Source: Blepharisma stoltei ATCC 30299 (Eukaryota > Protista > Ciliophora). From it: 64,000 nt of DNA. The stretch is taken from positions 310,001-374,000 of the forward strand of contig CBFDEM010000035.1 in the NCBI GenBank assembly GCA_965603825.1, given 5' to 3'. Positions 50,909 through 63,100 of this stretch are shown here, in pieces (position 1 is the stretch's first letter; each line of letters opens with the position of its first letter). Made by a program: the position numbers and the translations under genes. The notes beneath the pieces are model-generated. The model was given only the letters and a program-made list of their open reading frames with translations, was not told the origin of the DNA and searched no databases.

Positions 50909-52132
50909 TTAATCAATTTTAAATATTCTATTGGTAGTATATTGCCTCTTTATTTCTATTTCTTCCAATTTTTGCTTATTAAGATCAAATTTATAGCATC
51001 AAGTATCCCTCAAATCGTATAAAATATTATACACAGCACCATTACAATGCTTTGCGTACCCATAGCGATAATCACCCGTTGTAGCAAACATCCCAATTTT
51101 ATGTCATTTAAAATCATCTTCTCATTCACTTTCAGCAATTTTCCCACCAACCTCAAATAAATAAGCTCTTGAATATCCCGCACTTAGAAGCTTCATCCTG
51201 CACTCTTTTACAAGGACTTCTGGTATCTCTGAATAGCTCTCAATATCCAAATCAAGTTTATATATCTTATTGAGAGAAAAGCCACAAACCAACAGTTTTC
51301 CGTTAAAAGGTACAATAGAGCACCCAAAAGATGATTTTGGCAGCTGAGACAATCTGGTTCAGTGGTTTTTCCTGAGATCGAACCTATTTACAAAATCCAA
51401 TCCTAGAGTTCTATAAGAGCTGGAAAATATATAAACAGAGTTATTATAGTAGGCACCTCCTGCTCATAAGGCTTGAGGGCCAGAAGGAAGTATTCTTTTT
51501 AGACTCAGTGTATTAAGGTCTATAATAGCGCAAGCTCCAGAAGTGCGATCTCAGGTTCCATAGCAGAAGAGCTCAGAATTTGGGAGCTGGATTGTGCAGA
51601 GGCTTCGATATGGTTCTGGAGAAGCTTGCTTTAATTGATGGGTGTCTATATCATAGTAAAATAGGCATACCTTATTGTCTACTTGAAAATTCACATAAAG
51701 GTATTTTGAAGATAAGTCTAGTTTCTCGTTTAAAAAATTCAATTTTTGATAAATCCTTTCTCGGCTGCTAAGGTAGGTGTTGTAGGCTATGGCAACGTTT
51801 TGATTTGAATCACATATAAATTTCAGCTGCTCATGACTTTCGTTTAGCAAAGTTCCCTCAAGCTTGGTTTCAATTGATTTTGTTGATATCTTGAAGTTTT
51901 GGACTTCCCCAAGAAAGTAATCTTTGGATATATTTTCAAGCATCTCTTCTAGCAATACAACTTCTTTTACAGTATTTCTCTTTTCTATTCAATAAAAAAG
52001 GAATTTAAAAAGAAAATAAAAAGATTGATCTATGAAGTCATTAATGGAAATATGAATTTATTGTATCTTTTCAACAAGTTTTTCGTTCAGCATGCTTCCA
52101 GAATCCTCTATACTCCTTTTGATGGTTTCCAT
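50909..52132 (-). CDS. Coiled-coil + kelch-like protein, tandem paralog of 49586-50713, interrupted by a 96-bp TA-bounded insertion
   Basis: METIKRS..EKI[insert]KEVVLLEEML aligns with paralog MEPIKRS..KKILELSSLEKYL; CTIQLPNSELFCYG, RFDLRKNHW(TGA), IESYSE.P.V.V.ECR.KLL; TAA 50909-50911. Confidence 0.8.
51968..52065. mobile_element. IES-like element (96 bp counting one TA), TA direct repeats, weak inverted ends
   Basis: TA at 51968-69 and 52064-65; ends TACAGTATTT / TACAATAAAT (reverse complement); ~20% GC; carries an in-frame TAA; removal leaving one TA restores gap-free alignment to the paralog. Confidence 0.75.
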
Positions 52133-52339
52133 AATATTATCGAGTCCTTCTATGCGCTTATTTTCTAATTAAATAAGCATTTTTCCTGCATCATGAAATT
52201 ATAATTATTTTATTTTAATCGACTTTTCGTAATCCTTGAAAAGACAACGCAAAATAGCAGTTTATAACTGTTCTTTTTTATATTATTATCAATTGTAGCT
52301 AAACTATGAAGAAACGCAGCTTTTCTTATAATAATAAAA

Positions 52340-55300
52340 ATGCTAGCTTGGCTAATTCTCTTGACCCAAATCTCTAATGTTTTCTGCCTTTGTCAACTTG
52401 ATTGTGTAAGTTTAAGCCTTGAATTATGCTCTAAATGCATTGAAGCGCAAATGCTAACGAGGAAAGAATATTCTTCCAAAATTTGTAACTTATGGTCTCA
52501 AAAAGAATGTTCTGTATCTGAAGGATTTATTATTTCAACCAGGGAAAAATACCTTTGAATCAATTCATCTTATCATGATCAAGTTATTATCAGCTCTATA
52601 AATGAATTCTTCTGATCCAGTATTTTAGTGAAGTTTTCAGACGAAAGAAATATAACTTTAGAGAAAATATGCCAAACTGAAAATCAAAATTTCCAGCATT
52701 TTGGGTTCAAATTTAAAGATAAGATGAGAGAAAATTTGATTTATATTTGAGCAATTGGCTCATTTAAAGAGGATTTTCAAGGTTTTGTATCAGTCCAAAT
52801 AATAAATGAATCTAAATCTTATTCATTAACAGAAGCTCAACGTTTGCCAATGCCAGAAGTGAAAAGCATTGAGTGTTCTCAGTCTAATGCACAATGCCCT
52901 CCATGGTTTTGGTCAGAAATCTTACCTTGAGAAACTAAAGGAAGATTGCTTCAAAATTGCTATGATGCAACTTGCAATATCTGTCCTTCAAGTGACAGCA
53001 AAACTTGAGGGGACTGCTCTGACTGTGGAACAACTTTATTTTTATATCAAGGTTTGTGCTGGACTTTCTGCCCGTCAGGAACAGTTAAAGACACCGAATA
53101 TAATACGTGCAATAAGAAAGACGTTTACTCTCTTGACTTAAGCTTATACGACGTCATATCAAGCAACCCAGCAGGGATGACACTTGCAGCAGATTATAAT
53201 TGCCCTATCCCTTATCCTGTTCTCAACCGGGGCTATTTCTTTGAAATTTGCTCTCGCATGTCTTCTGATAATTTTATCATGCCTTACTTCTTTTCAGTTT
53301 CTGGCTGGATTTTTGTGGTGGATTATCAAAATACCTGAAACGAAATATTGCATTGGAATTTAAACTATGTCAATATAAATAACAAATATCTGGAATTATA
53401 TGATAAAGCTATTGAGCCAAATCCTTTTACCCTCAATGAGTGAAACTTCTTTTACCTTTCTCAATCAACAGATTGGACTTATGTGTATTTTTCAGTATCA
53501 ATGAATGGAGGCTCCACAACAACAGCTCAAGAGTCAATCAATCTTAATGTGATTGACAATGCTAAAACTCTATATGTTGGAGCTCCATCTATGAGCGGAA
53601 GCGGGTATGGATTTCATGGATACCTGCACAAACTTCAAATTTATACTGATTACCAGTCAAATGGCGCTGGAAATGATTATTACCTAAGTAGCTGCTCAGG
53701 CAGCTGCTCAGCTTGTCCGTCAGAAATGATATGTCCCAGCATTCACTGTATTTCTACTCAATATGAATACTTTGATGGCTGCCAGTCATGTGAGGCTTGT
53801 GAAACCAGCTGTGTCAGAGCAAGCGACTGCAACTTATGTGTGGACTATTGCGATTCGTGCAGTTCTTTTTCTTTGTGCACTTCGTGCCAGGCCTATTATT
53901 TTCTTGGCCCATCGTCTAAAAGTTGCCATTCTGGAGGATGCCCTTCAGGCTCTTATGATAATGGAAATTATCAATGCAAGATTGACTGGACAGTGATTGA
54001 AGGAAGGATACCTTGCTTCAGCTTAATTCTCAACAAAATTCAAAGCAATTTTAAAGACACTACTTATAACACAAACACCCTAGCTGGAGCCACTACTGAT
54101 TTTTATCCAAAATATGATGAGTATGACCCTTACCCTTCCAAAGGTCGAGGCTACTACTTTAATGGCCACTCATTAATGCAGGTCACTTCGTTTATGTTTA
54201 ACGCTGAATTCAGCTTTTCAGCTTGAATTTATCTGCCTACTTCCACTAGCGGAATTATTTTCGCAAAGCAGATTAACGACAGCACTTTTACAAAATTAAT
54301 GGCTTTTGAAATAAATAGCAGCAATAAGCTCCAGCTAAGTTTATATCTAACTATGAGTAAGACTGGAAAGGTACTGATAGGAGAATCAAAGCAGCTTGTG
54401 TATGATTCTCAATGATACAATCTTGCAGTCTGTGTATCTTATGCAGCTCCATACTCTCAAATAGCTTTTTCTATTGCAGGAACAACCATGAGTGTTGACT
54501 ATTATGAAATTTCTTTATTGGGGTTATTTTTGGATTATAATAGTGGCTATACTGCTACCATTGGAGCATCTCAGTCAACTAAAGGCTATGGGAATTTTAT
54601 AAAGGCGTTTATATACAGCATAAAAATATGGAATTTCGTAATGGACCCTTGAAATTATGACCATTTCTTAGCTAGCTGCGGGTACTATCCTCAAGCCGCT
54701 GACAGCTGTTTATCAACTCAGCCAATTGAGAAGTATTATGACGGAAACTCATGGCAAACTTGTAAGCCAAATTGCACCACAAAAGGTTGCGTCAAGTCAG
54801 ATACTCAATGCAACTTATGCGAGTTTGAGAATTGCTACCTATGTGATGATTGGACTGGATGCAGTACCTATTGTGACTCAAGCTGCGCTTCCTGCAATGG
54901 CACAAGTTATAAGGATTGCATAACATGCGCCAATTCTACTCGTGTTTTAGCTTACCCTGGACAATGCTACTGCACATCAAGCCAGTATTTGATTTCTGAG
55001 GTACCTTATTCTTGTGGAGACTGTTATAGTGCTTGCAGCACATGTGTTGGACCTAACTATAATGACTGTCTAAGTTGTAGCGGCCAAAGCATTACACTTG
55101 CTGGCTCTCCTGGATTCTGTTCATGCAACTCTACTCAATATATCAAAACTAAAAGTCCTTTGGAGTGCGCTGATTGTGATTCTAGCTGTCTTACCTGCTC
55201 TAGGAGTGGCAAGTATAATTGTCTGTCATGCTCATCTGGATTTGTATTAGAAAAAGATGGATCATGCACTTGTGGAGAAGGGAAAACCTTTTATAATGGT

Positions 55301-57109
55301 TACTGCACAGATTGTACTGATGAGAGATGCAGCAATTGCACAAGTAGTCCAGATATCTGTCTCTCATGCTTTTCACCATTTGTTATTGGTGGACGTGGCT
55401 GTGTTTGTCCCGCTGGGACCAAAGAAGAAAATGAAACTTGTATTGATAACATTCTTTACGTGAATGAGTCTTATTCAGATAATACTTTCTATCTAATCTT
55501 TAGTGAAAATCTGAATGAAACTTTAAGCACAGCAGACATTTCTATTACTGTTCTTGCTGATATACAAGTTACAGTCACTTTTGAAGTCAAAACTGTTTCA
55601 AAATACGATTATTATAAAATCCCTGTGGAATTTACTCCTACAAATGTAAATGGAGCAGTAACTTTACAGCTCTTTATTAGTAAAATAGTATATGGGGTGT
55701 CGAATTCTATTATTGAACAAAGGCTGTTTAACCATAGCAATGCCACTATTACTGGACAGCCAAAAAGTAGTGAGCAAATTGCAAACGAAGAAATTGCTGC
55801 AGTCTTACCAACCTCTACTCAAAAATCCTTAACTTCAACGATTGCGTTTTATGGCGTTGTTCAGTATCTTTGAACCCAAAAATCCGCAACTTTATGAATA
55901 TATGTGAATATGGTTCAGATTATTGCCTTTGCTCCTCTAATGAATATTGATATTCCTTCTGATATATATGATATGCTAAAGGGCTATATTTCTTATAAGT
56001 CTATCCCAAACCTTGGAGTATGGATTTATGAAAGCCGTCATATTGGGCCTGAACCAATAAATAAATTTTATAAATACGGGTATAAATCAGGGCTTTTTGT
56101 TATTGCTGCAGGACATATGGTATGAATCGCTCTAATGTTTTTTGCTCTTTGGGGGATCTTGCTTTTGCTTTATTTATGTATCCCAGTTGCAAAGGTTAGG
56201 AATGTATTAAGTACTAAAGTTTTATCGAATTTTCAGTATTCTTGGCTAATTAAGCTTTGACTGCAAATTTATATATTAACTATAGCAGGCGCAGTGATTG
56301 GGATAAATAATCCTGATGCTAGTCAATCTGACTATGTGGCTGACTGCACTTTTTCGTGGCTTGTATTTCTTTTGTCCTGAGTCATTAATGGATTAATGAC
56401 TTGGTTCATTTGGAAAAATAAAGTCATCATTGAGTCTGGAGATGAAAATTTCATTAAAAAATATAGTTCATTACTGGAAGATTTTCACTGTAAAAAAGGT
56501 TTTTTAAGCATGTGCTATTATCCATGGTTTCTGCTTAGAAGGAGCTTATATGCACTAATACTATACAATCTCGCTGATTTTCCTGCTTTGCAATCAGTAT
56601 TGAATATCATTTTAACTCTTATTACAATCTTTTATATGATCAAATATAAGCCTTATAAAAGTGGCTTAAATAACCAAGTTGAAATAGCTGCAGAATTTGT
56701 AGTCCTCATAGTCTTCATATTTTTAACCCCATTTATTGATACAGATTTATCAGTGTCTGCTAGAGAAGCTTTTCAATCCATTATTCTGCTATCAATGATC
56801 ACATTTATTTTATACAGCTATGCTATTTTAGTTTGCCAATATTATGTGAAAATCAAGGTAAAGCTGAGCAAAAGAAAAGAGCTTAAAGTAGCTCAGGAAA
56901 CAGGGATTGTTGTTCCGACTAATTTATCGGACTTAATCAATTCTAATAATGGAGAGGAATGCAATAAATTAGACACTCTAAACACCACTCCAAGAGAAGA
57001 TAGTATTGGAAAGAAAGCTCCAATTAGCACACCTGACGTATCAATTATATATCAAAAAAGGCTAGCAAGCGAAAGTGCCTTATTTGATGAGCCTTCTGTT
57101 CATGAATAA
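52340..57109 (+). CDS. Large Cys-rich surface protein: furin-like Cys repeats, two LamG/ConA-like domains, C-terminal multi-pass TM region; ~1589 aa
   Basis: Track ORFs at 52340, 53054, 53483, 54989, 55904 and 56396 share one frame via TGA. Signal peptide; CxxC..CxxC repeats; duplicated PYP...RGY.F / FS.S.WI units; TM block with SLLEDF..YYPWFLLRRSLY..YKPYK. Confidence 0.87.
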
Positions 57110-57441
57110 TTTTTCTCGGTTTTTAAACTAAAAAAATAATTTAATAAATAAAGACTTATTTTAATTAATCTATAATAAAAGTCTATGCATCTTAAAAAAT
57201 GATTAAAGATTTAAAATTTCCCCAAATACTTGAGCATATATTTGAATCATGTTTTAATTTTTAGACATAAAGAAAATAATACAAAGGAACTAGTCAAATT
57301 TATAGATATTTAATTTATATAATTTAATTCATATCATAGTGAGAATAATTTCTCCTTTAAATTTTAGCAGATGATATACGTCCTAAATCTCTAAAATCAT
57401 TTCATATTTACAAATCTATTATTTTCATTTTCAAACTCTAC

Positions 57442-57909
57442 ATGTCTTCTCAACAGCTCAGTCCATACAAAGCTTTACGGCACAGAATAGTCCAGCTCAC
57501 AACTTCGCCAGGTTTGTCATGCAGAGCGAAGCTCTGCAAAGATCAGCGCGGCGCAGTTGGTGAAATTTTTTCCGAAAAGATCAAAATGAAGTCATCCTAT
57601 CACGACCAGTTTGGACAAACTTCTCCTATCCGAAGACCATCTCCTATATACCCCAAAGATAACGTTATATTTGAAGGAAAATGCGAGTACGTAACACAAT
57701 CAAGGCTAAACTTCTGTGAGAAGCCCTACTATCAGAACCAAAATCGGCCCCGCTCACAAACCCCTGACCGCAACCGAAGCGACAATTTTTTGACAGATGC
57801 CATGACTAAGCGATTCGAGGCAAGGACAGAAAAGCAAGACCAATTCGCAAACTTCCAGATCTCATATTCTACTCCTAGGACTAAAAAGTCAGTTAATTTT
57901 TGTGTATAA
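57442..57909 (+). CDS. Hypothetical Ser/Pro/Arg-rich protein
   Basis: Uninterrupted 155-aa ORF, GC higher than flanks, ends in TAA. Confidence 0.7.
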   Translation: MSSQQLSPYKALRHRIVQLTTSPGLSCRAKLCKDQRGAVGEIFSEKIKMKSSYHDQFGQTSPIRRPSPIYPKDNVIFEGKCEYVTQSRLNFCEKPYYQNQNRPRSQTPDRNRSDNFLTDAMTKRFEARTEKQDQFANFQISYSTPRTKKSVNFCV

Positions 57910-57920
57910 TTCATATAAAA

Positions 57921-60011
57921 ATGTCTTTAAGAGGAATTATAGATGTCATTATCCATTTAGAGAGCTTTAGAAATATTGACCTATACAACCCAGGACTTTA
58001 CCATTTGGAGATTTCTGTATATCATATTGTCTCTGGCCATACCGTCTCAGCTCATCCTTATAATGTGATTACATGTGAAGGAAACACAGAATTTCTCAGG
58101 ACTTTACCTCCAGAAATTGAGGATTTTTGTTTCAAATCTCAGATCTTTTACATCAAATTTTGTGACGAGGAATTTTTTTTGCAAGATATCATTGTGTTTA
58201 GAACAGAATTAGACCTTGAAACTGAAAATGAAATAATTATTCAGGTTAATCTGATGTATTTAGATATAGAGTACTCTGAAGATATTTTCGAAAAGAATAC
58301 TATGAAGCTTGATAGAGCAGTTTCTGTTAGCGAAGTGAAGCTGAAACTAAGAGACGCAATGGAAGGGATCAATCAATTTTTCCCAGTAATTTTTGATAAA
58401 GAGCATTTCTCGGTGGTGTCACTGACCGTTCACTCTTTACCAATAGATTTTCGATTCAGGTCAAAGTCTATCATTGAGTCAATATCAAATAACCGGCTAA
58501 GCATAAAAAGAGACAATTCTATAGACCTGGCAAGAGAAGTTTCTGAGTGTCTGCTTGAAGGAATCGAAGTACTGAAACAAGAAGATATTGACAGGATCTA
58601 CGACAAATATGTGAGGACGATTGAGTGTGTCCATGATAAAATTCAAAATTTAATCAAGGACTGAAACGACGGGCTGCATTTGCAACTATTTTATGTAAAT
58701 GGCCGAAGCCCAAGAAGACTTTCCATTGAAAAAATTAAAATTCCATTGGCTGAATGGAATTTATCATTGGAAGATTTCGCGAATAAATTCCTCAGTGACA
58801 TCCAAGAACTGGCGACCAAAATGTGCTACTTATCGACTACATTTTTAGAAATCCTAGCCAAAGATTCCTGACACATAACAAGGTCTTTAGAAATCGAATA
58901 CATTGAAAACCAAATGAACTATTGAGAAAAAAGCATTTTTATGGAGATGAAGCTTGTTACAGATTTTGCCTTAGAAACCGACCAAAATTTGGGGGAGAGG
59001 CATTCCTCTGTCGCAAGAACCCTGAGAAGGACTGAAATTTATAATGAAAACCAAACTTTATCCCTCCAGCTTCATTCTGAAGAAGCTTCGCACAAGGAGC
59101 CTCCTGTTTTGTTTTTAGATGTTTACTCAAAAGTCTGTGAAAGCTCTTTAACTCTGTTAGACACCTCAAAGCCATGAAGTCCTAACTGGTTGAGCTACTC
59201 TCCAAACATTGATTTTCAGAAGCAAGGAACACATTTAATTATTCTTGTTCATGGCTTCCAAGGAAATTCCTTTGACGTTCGGCATTGGAGGAACTACTTT
59301 GCCCTTTACCGCCCAGATGTGTTGTTTTTGTGCTCGGTTTCTAATGAAGACAACCCTGACCGTAATATAGCCGAAATGGGAGTAAAGCTGTCAGAAGAAG
59401 TCAAATATTATATCAAACAATATTGCCCCAGAAGTCTCACAAAAATATCATTTGTTGGGCACTCTTTAGGAGGCGTTGTAATCAGAGCAGCTCTTCCTTT
59501 TCTATCAGAATTTTCATCAAAAATGCAATTTTTTCTGACCCTTTCGACACCCCACTTAGGCTATATGTATAATTCATCGAAAATAATTGATGCAGGAATC
59601 TGGCTATTGAAAAAATGACGAAGAAGCAAATGCCTTGTACAGTTATCCATGACAGATTCTCTTAACCCCAGAGATTGCTATTTATATAAACTGAGCAACG
59701 AAACTGGACTGGAATGGTTCAAACATTTTTGCCTCGTCAGTTCTCATCAGGATGAGTATGCGCCATTTGGATCAGCGAGAATTGAAGTCAAAGAAAATAT
59801 AGAAAATTTTTCGGGGAAAAATGAATATATGGAAATGGCGAGAAATATTATGAAGAGGCTAAAAGTTGAGAAAATTCACAGGATCGATGTGAATTTTAAG
59901 ATGAAGAAGTCGCTGAATAACTTCATTGGGAGAGCTGCTCACATTGAAATGCTGGACAATGAAGCATTGATTCAAATGTTCATGTTTTCATGTGCAGGAT
60001 TTTTCGAATAA
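57921..60011 (+). CDS. FAM135-like protein (N-terminal FAM135 domain + DUF676 alpha/beta hydrolase)
   Basis: IIHLESFRNIDLYNPGLYHL; HLIILVHGFQGNSFD; ISFVGHSLGG; STPHLG; LVSSHQDEYAPFGSARI; IGRAAHIEML; five track ORFs in one frame. Confidence 0.92.
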
Positions 60012-60101
60012 ATGCTAATTATAATCGTGAATATGTTTATTTAAAAAATTATATCTTTGGTACGTATATATAAATAGCTATAAATATTATTTATGCAATT
60101 T

Positions 60102-63100
60102 TTACTTATCTTTTGGCTCTTTTTCTTCTTCATTTTCCTCTTCCAAAATTGAAGCATTGAAAAGTATTTCTGGAGGCCAGCCTTCTCCTGCAAACCTGAA
60201 GCATTTTCTGAGCCTTGGATGGTTGCCATAGATAGGCACTAAGCTCGGATCCACCATTTCTAGAAGTTTAGAAGGTTCCATTCTAATAAGATTCATATAC
60301 TGGTCAAAAGTTCTTCTAAGTCTTCTTCTACGGCACCATTTTTGGATCACAGCTGCTCCATTATTCAAAACCATAATTGCCGACTTTCCTCCTCTAAGTA
60401 TCTCTTTCAGCTTGATTTCATAATAAGTTTTAATTTCATTGATTTTGCTGACTAAATCTTCTTTTTCTTTGACCATTTTTGATGAGTACTCATTCAGCAC
60501 ATTATTGACTGAAATATAAAAGCTGCTGACATTTTCGACAAAATTTCTTCGGAAATCTTTCAAAGTTATAGTTTTGGAGTCAAAATTTTCTATAAGAGAG
60601 TTATTTTCTTTTACAATATTTTCCATTACCTGTGTAAGTTGTGGTATTATAGAAGAATCTTTAAATTGGAAATTTTCGGCTTTGACGATTTTTTCAAGTT
60701 CAGTAACCTCCTCTAAAGTTTCCAGCTCTTTAATTGTTTTTTCGTTAACTTTTCTATGGAATTTTTTTTTGAATATTTTAAAGCTGTTTACGATTTCCAT
60801 TTGGAGGGAGATAATTGAATCTTTATTTTGTGCATTCGTTGATCTTAGATTATTCAACTGAGGACCAATGATATTCTTTAATTGGCAAAGATTATATAGA
60901 TTGATTTTTTCAAGTTTTTTGATGTCTTGTTGAAACTTCTGGTTTTCTTCTGAAGCGCAATCCTTATTTTTTTCAAGAATTTTATATTGGCTTTTTTCGT
61001 TTTCAATAGCCATCTGAATTTTCAATTTGTTGAATTCTTCATTTTTTGTCCATTTTTCTGAAATAGACATTTGAAGTATGGTTTGCATTTCAATCAAGTA
61101 GTTATGCATTTCAGTAGTTATACTTGACTTTAGACCAGATATATATCCCTTTAGATCTTTGAGCTCGTTTACTAATAGAACAGATTTATTGGTTATATTG
61201 CGAATTTGAGTTAAATTCCCTTTAATTTCATTTCGCTTTGTATCTATCTCTTCTTTAAGTGAAGTAATTTCATTTTCTTTACTTTTTATCGATTTGTTAT
61301 GATTTTCTTCTAATTTTTTGCATTCAATAGTATATAATTCCTTATCATTCTCTTTTTCTTTCTGCAGCTTAAATATTTCATTTTTTAAACTATCACTTTT
61401 CTCTTTGTAAGAGACAATTTCAGATTCTTTACTTTTAATAGTGATATTTAAATTTTCTTCAAGCTTATTCTTTTCCATCATCATATTTTGGATCCCCCTT
61501 TCTTTTGCTAATGCCTTTTCAGATAAATATTGGTTTTCTTCTATGAGCTTTTCATTTTCTGCGTCTTTTTGAGTTAAATAATTCAATACTGTGCTGTTTT
61601 CTTCTTTAATTTTGCTAATTATTTTTTCATTTTCACTTTCATGGTTTTTCAACTCCTCATACTTGATCCTAAGTTCATTGATTTCATCTTCTTTCCTTTT
61701 GATAAAGCTGTTGAGATTTGCTTCAATGTTTTCCTTTTCTTCATTTATTAACTGCATTATTTTGCTGCTTTCCTGCTGATAATTGGACAATTCAATTTTT
61801 AATTCTGAGTTCTCTGCCGCCAACATATTTATTTCATTTTCTCTATTTTTTATTGACTCAGCAAGATTTTTCTCGATCATTTGCATTTCTTTGGTGATTT
61901 TCAGTATTTCCCAGTCCTTGCTTTTTTGAACCTTAGAGAGTTCATCCTTTAGTTCATTATTATTTGCTTTCAAGCCATCAACCACGGCTGGATCAATTTC
62001 CCTGCTCTTAGCTATCTTCATTTGTTCTAAAATTAATTCAACTTCTTTCTGCTTCTTCGACAACTCTTCACTTTGCCGCTTGTTTGTTTCTGCAAATTTT
62101 AAAGTTTCTCTTTCCTTATCTTCAATAGCTATTTTGAGTTTTTCTTTGTCGATTAATATTAATTCAATTTCTTTGCTGGCATCAGAGAATCGAGTTTTAA
62201 AAATGTCTCTCTCGTTTTTAACACTGCCCAGTTCTTCAGAAATCTTTATTGATTTATCTTTTATCTGAGCTACCATAGCTGAAGCGGTTTTATTGAAATG
62301 TGCTATGAAGTCACTGATTTTTCTTGAGTACTCAGATTTCATGGCCAAAACTGTGCTTTTGGATTCTGAAATCGACTCTTTTATTTTACAAGCTTTTCTG
62401 AAAACTGATAGTTTTGACTGGTGATATTGAAAAGTTAGAGATTTCCTCAAAATTTCTGCTTTTTCTTTGTTCTCACGCGCAATTTCACTTATTTTTGATT
62501 TTATCAACACTAAGCTTTCTGAGTTTGCCTTCATTTGCAGGTTTTGAAGTTTTTTTATATCATTGATGCTAAATTTCACACTTTCAGTTGTCTTTAGAAC
62601 ATATTTTAAGCTTGTTCGCAGCTTTTCTTGTGCTTTAGAAGCTTTAATCAAGCTAAATTTTAATTCCTCATTTTCTTTTTTCTGAAGCTTTGCATCATTT
62701 ATTTGATTTTCTAATAAGCCACTTAGATTTGCATTTGCCAGCTTTGTTTGGTTATTCTCATCCATAGCTTTTCTCAAGAAAATACTTATGATTCTTGTCC
62801 CGTTTTGGCAGTTCGAATTCCAATTTCTGGATTCCTTTATTAAATTTCCTTTTATTTCTCTTGCTGCATTTTTAAGTGCATGAATCTCAGATGAAACCAT
62901 TGGCAATCTATTAGATAAGCAGTTTTTTAAGCTCTCAATTTTCTTTTCTAGCTGGTTTATTAGAGAGTCTTGGCTCTCGATTTTCAATAAATAATAATCA
63001 ATTTCTTCATCTTTTTGGTTATCAAGCTTAATTTGACTGGCCAAATCTTTAATAATTTGTTTGCACTTTTCCACTTCATTTTGGAGCTCTTCTTTTATAC

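Noticed and set aside
787-60011. Reading the many TGA-split ORFs as pseudogenes or separate small genes
   Set aside because: The fragments are in frame, TGA sits at conserved Trp positions and it swaps with TGG between paralogs.
787-60011. Selenocysteine or Cys decoding of TGA
   Set aside because: TGA aligns to Trp, not Cys, and occurs in non-redox proteins.
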